DNA of 64,000 nt from Macrostomum lignano (taxonomy: Eukaryota), in assembly GCA_002269645.1 (NCBI GenBank), contig NIVC01001608.1:124001-188000 (forward strand), given 5' to 3'. The first letter of the stretch is position 1, and each line of letters opens with the position of its first letter. A program made the position numbers and the translations under genes. Below are positions 12,984 to 24,704 of the stretch, in pieces. Under the pieces are notes generated by a model that saw nothing but the letters and a program-made list of their open reading frames with translations, did not search any database and had not been told where the DNA came from.

Positions 12984-14436
12984 TCAAGCCTTCTTAGCCT
13001 TGAGCTTATCCAGGTACTGGCCCAGCTGTGCCTGCACCCTACTATCCAGCACGTAGTCGCAGAAAGCGTTCATATCCTCCTGTCTGGCACTGTCCAACCG
13101 GTTAATCAAATTCGACCTGAGCATCCGCTTTACATCGGCTCGAGCTCGGGGCGACACGGCCAGATAGCGGCTAAGCGTTGATTCCGTCTTCTTCAATAGT
13201 TCGGCTTCGTTATCGAATAATTCGTCAACTAAACCGGCTTCGAGCGCGGCCTGCGGACCGATCAGCTGGCCGGCAGCAACCAGACGCTCGCAGTTCCGAT
13301 TGCCGGCAACAAAACGAAACAATTCAACCAGCCAGACGGGCGGAGCAACTCCAAATTGGGTCTCGTTGAGGCCGGTGAGCAGTTTGGGATTGCTGGACAT
13401 CAGGCGGTAGTCGCTAGATAGGGACAGGGCCATTGCGCCGGCCATGCAGTGGCCCTGGGAATGCCAGGTGTCAATTGTTACCCGTGTGACTTCTGGCTGC
13501 AAGCTTGTTTCACCTGTTCTCACCTGTTGACTAGTTTTACCTATTCTCACCTGTTGACTAGTTTTACCTGTTCTCACCTTTTGACTAGTTTCACCTGTTG
13601 ACTAGTTTCACCTATTGACTAGTTTCACCTGTTGACTAATTTCACCTGTTGACTTGTTTCACCCGTTGACTAGTTTTACCTGTTCTCACCTATTGACTAG
13701 TTTCACCTGTTCACACCTGTTGACTAATTTCACCTGTTCTCACCTGTTGACTAGTTTCACCTGTTCACACCTGTTGACTAATTTCACCTGTTGACTTGTT
13801 TCACCTGTTCTCACCTGTTCTCACCTATTGACTAGCTTCACCTGTTGACTTGTTTCACCTGTTGACTTGTTTCACCTGTTCTCATCTGTTGACTAATTTC
13901 ACCTGTTGACTTGTTTCACCTGTTCTCATCTGTTGACTAATTTCACCTGTTGACTAGTTTCACCTGTTCTCATCTGTTGACTAGTTGCACTGTTGTTTAT
14001 TCGGTAGGCATTTTACCTGTGACCGAATTTCCCAGCTAGTAATCACAACAAATCTCACCTGAATCTGAGCAATCACAACCAAATCTGTGCCAAATAGGTT
14101 CAAGAACAGCTCCTGAATCTCAGTGTAGAACTCTGTGAGCCGCTCCCTATTGCTACCAGCCAGTTCCGTCAGCTCGAATCCGGCGCTAAAAATGCCAGCC
14201 AGCTGAGACCGCAGCAGCACGGCCCGAGCGCCGGACTTCTCAGCCTGTAGCAGACCCTTGTTGAACTGGGCGGCCAGCTCGCCGTTCATAGCGTTGGCCG
14301 GCTTGCAGCAGAGCTCGATTGAAACGACGCCGTCCGAGGCGGACTGTTCGCGCAGCTGCACCAGCTGAGCGGAGCCGGACAGCAGGCGGCGGCAGCCGGA
14401 CACGGCCACTCGGCTGAACAGTCGGGTTGACAGCAT
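12984..14436 (-). CDS. ECI1: Mitochondrial enoyl-CoA delta isomerase 1-like (crotonase fold), paralog A, 2 exons, 282 aa
   Basis: Exons 14436-14059 and 13454-12984 (phase 0, AQIQ|GHC). Arg/Ser-rich transit peptide, KPANAM, GIFSAGFEL, SDYR, GLNETQFG with the catalytic Glu, AALEAGLVDEL. Confidence 0.9.
13500..13985. repeat. Degenerate minisatellite of TTCACCTGTT / GACTAG / CTCACCTGTT modules in the ECI-A intron
   Basis: Directly visible. Confidence 0.92.
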
Positions 14437-14524
14437 CGCAGCAAGGTGCCCACTGTACTTTTATTTCTTTGTTCATAAATCATTATTCATAATTTACTAC
14501 TATCAGAAATACTTTCAATACAAA

Positions 14525-15090
14525 CTTTGGCACCTGAGCAATTCCCCTATTAGCTTTGGCACCTGAGCGATTCCTATCAGCTTTGGCACCTGAGCAATTC
14601 CCCATCAGCTTTGGCACCTGAGCAATTCCCCATCAGCTTTGGCACCTGAGCAATTCCCATCAGCTTTGGCACCTGAGCAATTCCCCATCAGCTTTGGCAC
14701 CTGAGCAATTCCCCCATCAGCTTTGGCACCTGAGCAATTCCTATCAGCTTTGGCACCTGAGCAATTCCCCATCAGCTTTGGCACCTGAGCAATTCCCATC
14801 AGCTTTGGCACCTGAGCAATTCCCCATCAGCTTTGGCACCTGAGCGATTCCCCATCAGCTTTGGCACCTGAGCGATTCCCCATCAGCTTTGGCACCTGAG
14901 CGATTCCCCATCAGCTTTGGCACCTGAGCGATTCCCCATCAGCTTTGGCACCTGAGCGATTCCCCATCAGCTTTGGCACCTGAGCGATTCCCCATCAGCT
15001 TTGGCCTCTGAGCGATTCCCCATCAGATTTGGCCTCTGAGCGATTCCCCATCAGCTTTGGCCTCTGAGCAATTCCCATCAGCTTTCGCAT
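14525..15090. repeat. 27-28-bp minisatellite (CTTTGGCACCTGAGCAATTCCCCATCAG) upstream of ECI-A
   Basis: Directly visible. Confidence 0.95.
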
Positions 15091-15417
15091 TTGAGAAAAT
15101 CCACTATGAAACTTAGCAACTCATACCTCGTGCAATTTTGTACAATCTCATATCAAGCTTAGGAATAATCTATCCAGGCTAGTCAAAGAATGCCACAGCT
15201 TAACAATCAAGTTTAAACAAAGCAAAATAAATTTATTGTTTGTTGAGAGCAAAGCAGCAAGCTCATACGGCCTCATTAAAACACGCAACGAGGCAGTATA
15301 AAAAACAGTAAACAAAAAAATTACGTTATAAACGCTAAAACAAAGCAGACTTCGAGTAGTATAATACGCATTTTTTATCTATCTAATGTGCAATCATACA
15401 AGCATCTCATCGCAATT

Positions 15418-15566
15418 TAAGTCAGTCAGTCAGTCAGTCAGTCAGTCAGTCAGTCAGTCAGTCAGTCAGTCAGTCAGTCAGTCAGTCAGTCAGTCAGTCA
15501 GTCAGTCAGTCAGCCACTCACTCACTCAAGTCAGTCAGTCAGTCAGTCAGTCAGTCAGTCAGTCAG
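15418..15566. repeat. (GTCA)n microsatellite abutting the ECI-B stop codon
   Basis: Directly visible. Confidence 0.95.
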
Positions 15567-18084
15567 GCCATCCGCTGCAACGCCCCGGCCAGCAGCTGCT
15601 GGCACTCGGGCCGCAGCACGCTGTCCACAAACTGGTCCAAATCGGTCTCATCAGACATCGCCCCTAGTACTGGTCTGCTTAGCAGCGATCGAACGGAGTT
15701 AATGGCCCGGGGATCGGTGGCGTGCACCCGAGAAAGTTGCCGACCGGCTGCTTGGTCAAGAGCGTCGGAGTCCTTGGCCAAGATGTCTACTAGGCCGAGA
15801 GCCAGGGCTTGGCGCGGCGTGTGCAGCTGGGCGGGCAGGACGGCCCGCTCGCAGGCGTGCGGGCTGGAGAACCGACTCTCGGCCAGCCGGATCAGCCTGG
15901 CCGGATTGGTAATGGATTGTCTGGTGATATGCTGTCTGGTGATGGGCTGTCTGGTGATGGGTTGTCTGGTGATGGGCTGTCTGGTGATGGGATGTCTGGT
16001 GATGGGCTGTCTGGTGATGGGATGTCTGGTGATATGCTGTCTGATGATGGGATGTCCGGTAATGGGCTGTCTGGTGATGGACTGTCTGGTAATGGGCTGT
16101 CTGGTGATGGGTTGTCTGGTGATGGACTGTCTGGTAATGGGCTGTCTGGTAATGGGCTGTCTGGTAATGGGCATGGGCTGTCTAGTATTGAGGTGCATTA
16201 TATTAAAGATGTACATCTTGCATACTAAATGCATTTAAAGCTTGCACTTACCATTCAGGCGGCGTGATGCCCTGTCAGAGAAATTAGAAATGGATGGGAT
16301 AGATTGCCACATCATCTTTAATAATTAATAAAACGACAATAACATTCTCAAGAGACAAGCCGTACCACTTTGGTAGGAGTGAGTCCGATTTTAATCTTGT
16401 CGCTGTCAAGAGCAACTCGATAGTCACAGGCCAGGGCGAGAGCGCAACCACCGGCTGGCGCGTGGCCCTGAGATCCAGGAGTGAGATGCGATCTTGGATG
16501 TAGATCTATTGCGATCTTGTAGATCTATTGCGATCTTGTAGATCTATTGCAATCTTGTAGATCTATTGCAATCTTGTAGATCTATTGCGATCTTGTAGAT
16601 CTATTGCGATCTTGTAGATCTATTGCGATCTTGTAGATCTATTGCGATCTTGTAGATCTATTGCGATCTTGTAGATCTATTGCGATCTTGTAGATCTATT
16701 GCGATCTTGTAGATCTATTGCGATCTTGTAGATCTATTGCAATCTTGTAGATCTATTGCGATCTTGTAGATCTATTGCGATCTTGTAGATCTATTGCGAT
16801 ATAGTACATGTAGATCTATTGTGATTTTGTAGATCTATTGCGATCTTGTATATCCTCTGTAATTTATTGATCCTGTTAAAGGGATTTACAATATCTAGTA
16901 GATCTAGAATACCTAGTGAATCTAGAATAGGATCTAGAATGCTTAGTAGATCTAGAATACCTAGTGAATCTAGAATAGGATCTAGAATGCTTAGTAGATC
17001 TAGAATACCTAGTGAATCTAGAATAGGATCTAGAATGCTTAGTAGATCTAGAATACCTAGTGAATCTAGAATAGGATCTAGAATGCTTAGTAGATCTAGA
17101 ATACCTAGTGAATCTAGAATAGGATCTGGCGGTCAGTTAAAAGCAGTAGGCAGCAGGCTAGCAGGCTAAAAACTCACAGCAATCTGGGCCACAGTATAGA
17201 ATGGCGCGGTGTACAGACTGTAAAACGCCTCCCGGAAAAGCTTGAGAAAGTCTTTCAGCTGATTGCGAGATGCCGGACGGCACAGAGTGTTGAGATCGAA
17301 ACCCGACGAGAATATTGTTGGCAGCGACTGGCGTTCGAAAATGCGGTTGTGGCTGGTTTATAACGCAATGGCGTTGCGTACTCTATTGAGTAGCATACAT
17401 GTAGACAGGAGCTTCAAAGCTATGGGCTAGGGGCTACCCAACAGAGGACAGGTGAGGCTAGGGGCTACCCAACAAAGGACAGGTGAGGCTAGGGGCTACC
17501 CAACAAAGGACAGGTTAGGCTAGGGGCTACCCAACAGAGGACAGGTGAGGCTAGGGGCTACCCAACAAAGGACAGGTGAGGCTAGGGGCTACCCAACAAA
17601 GGACAGGTGAGGCTAGGGGCTACCCAACAAAGGACAGGTTAGGCTAGGGGCTACCCAACAGAGGACAGGTGAGGCTAGGGGCTACCCAACAAAGGACAGG
17701 TGAGGCTAGGGGCTACCCAACAAAGGACAGGTGAGGCTAGGGGCTACCCAACAAAGGACAGGTGGCATAGCTACGGGCTACCCTAGTTAGTAGCCAATTA
17801 CTTACAGATTTAATGACCAGAGATCGAACGTGGCGCCTCTCTCTAAGCTGGTGCATGGCATCAATAAACTGGAGTAGAAAAGCCTCAGTGAAAGTGTTGG
17901 CAGGCGGGCTGCTCATAGTCAGCGTGTATGATGAACTCGGTTGCTCAGTGTCCGAAGTTTGACGCTCTTCAAGTGTCAAAATATTGTCTACCGCAGGCGC
18001 TGCAGCGGACAGCAGCCGAAGCGGCTGGCTACGAACAATCGTAGCTAATGCCGCGGTTCGCAGTCTGCTACTTATAGTAAGCAT
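15563..18084 (-). CDS. Divergent ECI1-like paralog B, 5 exons, 294 aa; catalytic Glu position substituted
   Basis: Exons 18084-17806, 17327-17178, 16467-16366, 16271-16252, 15896-15563 (885 nt, phases consistent). Transit peptide, SPPANTF, IFSSGFDL, GHAPAGGCALALACDYR, IGLTPTKVGI, ALALGLVD. Confidence 0.85.
15905..16185. repeat. 15-bp minisatellite (GATGGGCTGTCTGGT) in ECI-B intron 4
   Basis: Directly visible; QPITR ORF artefact. Confidence 0.93.
16498..17127. repeat. Two adjacent arrays in ECI-B intron 2: a 19-bp unit (GATCTATTGCGATCTTGTA) then a 48-bp composite TCTAGA-rich unit
   Basis: Directly visible; 48-bp period from 16921 to 16969. Confidence 0.93.
17425..17785. repeat. 31-bp minisatellite (GAGGCTAGGGGCTACCCAACAAAGGACAGGT) in ECI-B intron 1
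   Basis: Directly visible. Confidence 0.94.
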
Positions 18085-18239
18085 GAGAGGTTTTTATCGC
18101 ATGCATCACATTGTTAATACCGCAAAAATAAGCTGCATGTAAAAAATGACTAAAGAGTTGCTACGGCCGTGAAGGTTGCAATAAAAGCGATGAATATTTT
18201 ACTGGTCGCTTACTGAAGTTCATAAAGGAGAGTACTGCT

Positions 18240-18870
18240 ACAGTGAAGGTCATGGGATATGGTAATCGTGGTATATTGAAGGTCATGGGATAAGGAGTAA
18301 GTGGTACATTGAAGGTCATGGGATAAGGAGTAAGTGGTACATTGAAGGTCATGGGATAAGGGCTAAGTGGTACATTGAAGGTCATGGGATAGGGTAAGTG
18401 GTACATTGAAGGTCATGGGATAGGGTAAGTGGTACATTGAAGGTCATGGGATAGGATAACACAGTACTTAAGGGCATTGGTATAGGGTAACAGTGGTACA
18501 TTGAAGGCAATAGGATAGGGCAATAGTGGTGGATTAAAGGTCACGGGATAAGATGAGACTGGTACATTGATGGTCATGTGATAGGATAAGACTGGTACAT
18601 TGAAGATCATGTGATAGGATAAGACTGGTACATTGAAGGTCAGGGGATAGAGTAGCAGGGGAACACTTAAGGGCAGGGGATAGGGTAGCAAGGGAACACT
18701 GAAGGCAGGGGATAGGGTAGCAGGGGAACACTGAAGGGCAGGGGATAGGGTAGCAGGGGAACACTGAAGGGCAGGGGATGGGGTAGCAGGGAACACTGAA
18801 AGGCAGGGGATAGGGTAGCAGGGGAACACTGAAGGGCAGGGGATAGGGTAGCAGGGGAACACTGAAGGGC
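18240..18870. repeat. ~33-bp drifting minisatellite (GTACATTGAAGGTCATGGGATAAGG... grading into ACACTGAAGGGCAGGGGATAGGGTAGC)
   Basis: Directly visible; unit sequence changes gradually along the array. Confidence 0.9.
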
Positions 18871-19811
18871 AGGGGATATATTAATATAATCGCTGAAATT
18901 AGGTTGCATCGAAACTTCAATTGCACCAAAAAAATTAAATCAACAGAAAAGTTTTTAGTTCCGAAATGAATGAAAAACCATTAAGTACAGATATTACTAT
19001 ATCAAACAGTGCATGTATTTTATAGTTATTATTGATATTAGTACGAGCTAATATATACAAACTAAATATTAACGAAAGCAGGAGGGCACTGAAGCAGCAC
19101 AGGAAACTTAGAGTCAATGAATAATAAGTAAAGACTAACATACCGGTATAATTTAGTTGAATTTCTCAAGCACACCAATTTTAGATCATTTTCACCTTAG
19201 ATGCATTAATAATAGATACGTATGTAAACTACCAGGATTCATAATATATGGAGCTAGCGCTATCACAAGATAAAGGAAAGCTAATTATAAAATAATACAG
19301 CTGCTAAGAAGCTTCACAAGTTGTAAGAAAAAATTAAGCACAAGCTACTGGTTTGTTTGTTTATAATAATATAAGTGTAAGTTTAATATATAATTTAAGG
19401 AACCAACGTCTACTTGTGAAATTGAGACTTGCCTACTGCAAGTAGGATACAAAAAAATTTTGTGAGCAAGACTGCCGATTGCTAATTTAAACGGCGATTT
19501 TAAAGGCGATTCATAGGGCGATTAATCGCCGATTTTCAGGAGCGATTAATCTGCCATTTTAAAAGGAATATTAGGGGCGATTATTCAACGATTTTATGGG
19601 CGATTTTTCTGCTTTTTTTTGGGGGGGGGGCGATTAACCGGCGAATATTTAGAGACAGTATACAGCGGCGATTAAGCATTGTAATAGAAAACAATACCGA
19701 CTGCAGTAGGTTATTGAGGTTCAATTTTTTAAAGTATTGTAAAAAACGGGATACTCAATCAGTTTGCATCACTACTCAACTTGGATGATTCTCTCAAAAA
19801 AACGGTGATGA

Positions 19812-21113
19812 TCATTCGGTTTTGCGGCCGCTTCGCAGCTTGCCAATGAGCTGGGCCATGGCCCGCTGAGGCATCCCGGATCGGCGAAGGCCGGGGGCCA
19901 ATAGCAGAGCTACAACAGCTAGGTAGGCCAGGAATAGATTGTTAATCCGTTCGCCAATTAGCATCAGGCCTAGTAGGGTGAGCACTGTGACCGCCAGGTA
20001 CACCTGGGGTCGATCGCGGCGCCATTTAACTAGAGTTTCGGCGCCGCGCGCCACAACGTCCCAGTAACGGACTAGGCGGGAGCACAGATCGGTGTAGCAC
20101 TGCTCGTCAGCCTAGGGAAAGAAAAGTACAAATCATTTATTTATATATGGGCGATAATAGTATTGTACATAAACTACTCGTACGCGATACCGTCAATAAG
20201 CGGAAATGCCCGTCAGTGAACTTCGACCCAAATAATTTATTGGCGGTGAAACTCATCTAAGGTACACATTTCTTGAAGTGTTGGCTCATTTATATTGATT
20301 CTTTGCCCTATTTTCTCCAGTCCCTCTGACCTGGCTCCAGTCGTGACTCAAACCCCCTGACCTCGCTCCAGTCGTGACCCAAACCCCATGACCTCGCTCC
20401 AGTCGTGACTCAAACCCCCTGACCTCGCTCCAGTCGTGACCCAAACCCTATGACCTCGCTCCAGTCGTGACTCAAACCCCCTGACCTGGCTCCAGTCGTG
20501 ACCCAAACCCCCTGACCTGGCTCCAGTCGTGACTCAAACCCCCTGACCTGGCTCCAGTCGTGACCCAAACCCCCTGACCTGGCCCTAGTCGTGACCCAAA
20601 CCCCCTGACCTGGACCCAGTCGTGACCCAAACCCCTGACCTGGCTCCAGTCGTGATCCAAACCCCCTGACCTGGACCCAGTCGTGACCCAAACCCCCTGA
20701 CTTGGACCCAGTCGTGACCCAAACCCCTGACCTGGACCCAGTCGTTACCCAAACCCCCTGACCTGGACCCAGTCGTGACCCAAACCCCTGACCTGGCTCC
20801 AGTCATTGGGTAGCAGCAGCTGTGAGGCGCATGGCACCAGATAGTCGCAGGCAGCAGCCAGCAGACAGGCCAGAGCAGCCATGGTAATAAGCGGCGGCTG
20901 CAGCCAGGCAATGAGCACAAAGAGCAAGGTTATGCCAGCAAGTAGGGCGCCAAGGGTTGCTGGCTGTTCCCAGTGAAGAGCAGCGTCGAGGCGCACAAGA
21001 ACTCGGCGCCAGGCATCAAGAGTTGAGGCTAGCGATTCTGTGCGATTCTGATGAGCAGTCAGAGAAGACTGCGATGACGGCTCCTGTGTCTGCTGCTGAT
21101 CAGTGGTGTGCAT
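19812..21113 (-). CDS. ARL6IP1: ARL6IP1-like ER-shaping membrane protein, 2 exons, 206 aa
   Basis: Exons 21113-20793 and 20111-19812 (phase 0). LDAWRRVLVRLDAALHWEQP, paired long hydrophobic hairpins, CDYLVP, INNLFLAYL..LLAPGL, basic C-terminus. Length and motif order match the family. Confidence 0.85.
20320..20805. repeat. 30-32-bp minisatellite in the ARL6IP1 intron whose unit contains the exon-1 donor junction
   Basis: Minus-strand unit GTCAGGGGTTTGGGTCACGACTGGAGCCAG; the exon ends GACTGGAGCCAG|GTCAGG. Confidence 0.93.
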
Positions 21114-21450
21114 AGTCTTGCTTAATAAGAGTGCTGCGGGAGTTGTTTCGACGTATTTTTATCAAGCATATGTCTTTTTCGATTTTATTGATATAACAGT
21201 AATTAATGTATACTCATTTTTAAAGCCTTTAAGTAAAATAAAACTTCTCAATAAAGCCGTTTTAAGCTTCAATTATGGTGTCAGTTTTTTTCAGAATATC
21301 AAGCTAGCTCGTACCATTTCAGTTGGAATATCCAAAACGTACTGAGGAAAAGTACAACTTGGAACAACATGCTCTTGCGCAATTGTCCTTTGTCTTACTG
21401 GGAAAGGAGATAATTGATGTATAGAATCACTGTGTCTGTTTGGTTCCTCA

Positions 21451-21502
<52 letters not shown>

Positions 21503-22230
21503 TGTTCTTTTTAGTCTCTGACTCATCTTATTGTACATGTACTCGCCTTGTGTACAGTTTTATGCATTTGTACTCTTTTATTTCTCTCTCTCTTTTTATT
21601 GATGTCCCCTGCCACTATCACCTTTAAATATTGATAACAACTTGCACAAATAAACTTTACTCTACACACCCTGATGAAGAATTTATCAAATTTGAAATAT
21701 TGACAATAAATTTATTCAATTATCAGTCCTTTTTTCACCATGTCAGCACCTGAGATTGGAGGTGCCTTCCTCTCTCTCCTCTCTCTCCATTTCTCTCTCA
21801 AGTTATTACACTGATCAAGTTGTCAGTTGTACTATACATTTGACAAAACTTTGCTTTGGTATTTCCCGGGGTATATTCAATGCTATTTGGATGCACTAAT
21901 TAATAAGCATGCATAGGATAATAAGTTGAATTCAAGTCACTGAGCCAGGGGTTGGCAAACTTTTCAGTGCAGGCTAGATTAGAAGATTGGCTAAAGCAAG
22001 AAGCCAGAACAAATACACAAAAAATTGTTACTATAAAATGATAGTTTAGATTATTTTATCAAATATAATTAACAACCATTAAACATTTAGTTAACACTGA
22101 CATAAGAATAATGGGGTAAAAGCCTGGGTTTTTTTTTTCGCCAGAGATAAGGTGCGAAATCGCACCTTGTGCCAAATTTCAAGGTGCGATTTTAAGGCTC
22201 AGAGTGCAATTTCTCTTGAGTCTTGTTTAG

Positions 22231-24704
22231 AATGTGAGGGTTTCACGAGAGATATTCAGACAGACATTCGAAACGATCGTCTGTAACTTTAAACAAAATT
22301 GACCCGCTTCAACCATCTTTTTGGCAAATACTTACGCAAGTGTTGGGCGTCGAATAAGCTTTAATTTATTAACTGAAGTAAAAATCCTTCTGACATACAT
22401 TGATTTAAAAATTGCTTAGCAACACTAGCTCTGATTAGAAATCGCTTTACTGTTGACTAAAATTGTTTTGATCGTAGCAGCCTAAAAGCAGATGCTGGAT
22501 TTAAAAATGCTTCGATTTACTCTATACGCATGTCTCAGCTTTAAAATGACACCTCAGGCGTCGCAAAAGACAGCTTTGATGCTGAGATATTTGACACTAA
22601 ACATGCATTGCTTTGCGCAATCTCACATTCAGAAATTTCACTGATTTTTTGTCGATATTTGTGCAGCTGCCGCGTCCTTGTTTCTCATCAGAAACTTGTC
22701 AAATTCTAGTCATGTCCAGTTTAAACCTGGACTTCTCTTAAACTGTCTTAAGTATTTTTTTTTAATGATTCCTGCCTTTATATTGCATAGATTGTACCTG
22801 AGTCAGTGAGTCTGTGAGTGTACATTTGTACATATGGCAACCAATCATGACTTTTTCACCACTTTGCAGTTCAAATAAATATATGAGTGTACGAGAAACA
22901 TGTTCCAACTGTTATTGAGAGAAATTGACGTCGCGTTTATTAGCAGTCAGTGGCAATTAATATGAAGCAAATAGTTTATTATTATGTTTTTACTTTTTTT
23001 GCGTGGCAATTCTGCTATCCAAATCGGAATGAGGTAAGCGGTGGGAATAAAATAAAAAGGAAGAATTTTTTCTACTGTTGTTGCAACCCAATAGCTATAT
23101 GTACTTCAAACTTTTTAGATTGAACAGGCGATTTCTAATGTACTGCTAAGCTTTCCAATCCCTACGGACTACAGTAGCAGTTCTTAACTTTTTTTCTGTC
23201 TTGACTTCTAGACTCGGAATTCGGAACAACCTAAGGAGCCGCATGAAAATATTTAATTGGATAATAAAGATATTTTCTAAAAACAGCTCAAATCGTGACA
23301 CATCTTCTTCTCACCTCAGTCCATCAACTGCTGCTCCTTCTGAGACCAAAGCGATCGTGAAAGTAAAACAGATCAGTTTAGATCCCATGGCCATGAATAC
23401 AACCATTTCAATTGTGAACCTGCTTCGCTTACAAGTACGAGCACTAGCCTTCCATTTGATGCCATTAGCTCACTTAACTCTGAAATAGTTCAAGGACGGT
23501 TCCAAATGTTGAGATCTGACGTAGAAGCAGTCCAATTTGTGGAAATTTATCAACTGGACTCCATGAATCACTCCAATGAAAGGCAGCGAATAGCTGCAGA
23601 ATGCGTAAACAAGTTTAAGTGAGTCACAAAAACCCCATTTACTGTAACTACATACACTTGTACGTTAGCAAGGCTCCATGCGATGGTTAATAAATGGAGA
23701 AGTAGACAAGCATCTGAACAAATATTGAATAAAAATCAGTGAAGTTTCCAAATGTGAGTTTGAGCAAAGCAATGTTTAGTGTCGAATATCTCAGCATCAA
23801 AGCTGTCTTTTGCAATGCCTGAGGTGTCATTTTAAAGCTGAGACATGCGTATAGACATGACTAGAATTTGACAAGATTCTGATGAAAAACAAGGACATGG
23901 CAACTGCACAAATATCGACAAAAAATCAGTGAAATTTCTGAATGTGAGATTGCGCAAAGCAATGCATGTTTAGTGTCAAATATCTCAGCATCAAAGCTGT
24001 CTTTTGCGACGCCTGAGGTGTCATTTTAAAGCTGAGACATGCATATAGAGTAAATTGAAGCATTTTTAAATCCAGTATCTGCTTTTAGGCTGCTACGATC
24101 AAAACAATTTTAGTCAACAGTAAAGCGATTTCTAATCAGAGCTAGTGTTGCTAAGCAATTTTTAAATCAATGTATGTCAGAAGGATTTTTACTTCAGTTA
24201 ATAAATTAAAGCTTATTCGACGCCCAACACTTGTGTAAGTATTTGCCAAAAAGATGGTTGAAGCGGGTCAATTTTGTTTAAAGTTACAGACAATCATTTT
24301 GAATGTCTGTCTGAATGGGTCTCCCTAAAACATGCCCCGCACCGCCCTGCAGCGCTACACATTAAAACAAATTGGACTATAACTAAAGACACTTCAGAAT
24401 GCGTTTTCTGTTAAGCTTCAAGTTTTTATTAAATTTAGTTTTTTTTACTTTGAAATATAAAATTCGGTGAACAATAAGTGATTTTAATAATAATATTATA
24501 ATTTAATAATGAAAACGAGAATATAAAAAATAATAATATTTAAAAAAATAAATAAAGACATTTATTCCATTACTATTTTAACTTTTCCTTGCAATCAAAT
24601 ACTGCATTGACAAAAAATGTTATAATGTGTAGCAGTTCGGGGCCCTGTGCGGGGCGTGTTTTAGGGAGCCTTTGTCTGAATATCTCTCGTGAAACCCTCA
24701 CATT
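22231..24704. repeat. Long inverted repeat: arms 22231-22716 and 23854-24704 (right arm interrupted by a MITE)
   Basis: Arms are reverse complements over ~490 bp with scattered mismatches. Confidence 0.92.
24317..24672. mobile_element. 356-bp MITE, Mutator-like by TSD length
   Basis: ~50-bp imperfect TIR (CTCCCTAAAACA(T/C)GCCCCGCAC...GCTACACATTA). 9-bp duplication TGTCTGAAT at 24308-24316 and 24673-24681; the site is single-copy in the opposite IR arm. Confidence 0.8.

Noticed and set aside
23201-23560. Possible transposase remnant in the spacer of the inverted repeat
   Set aside because: No hAT or Mutator motif is recognisable in any frame.
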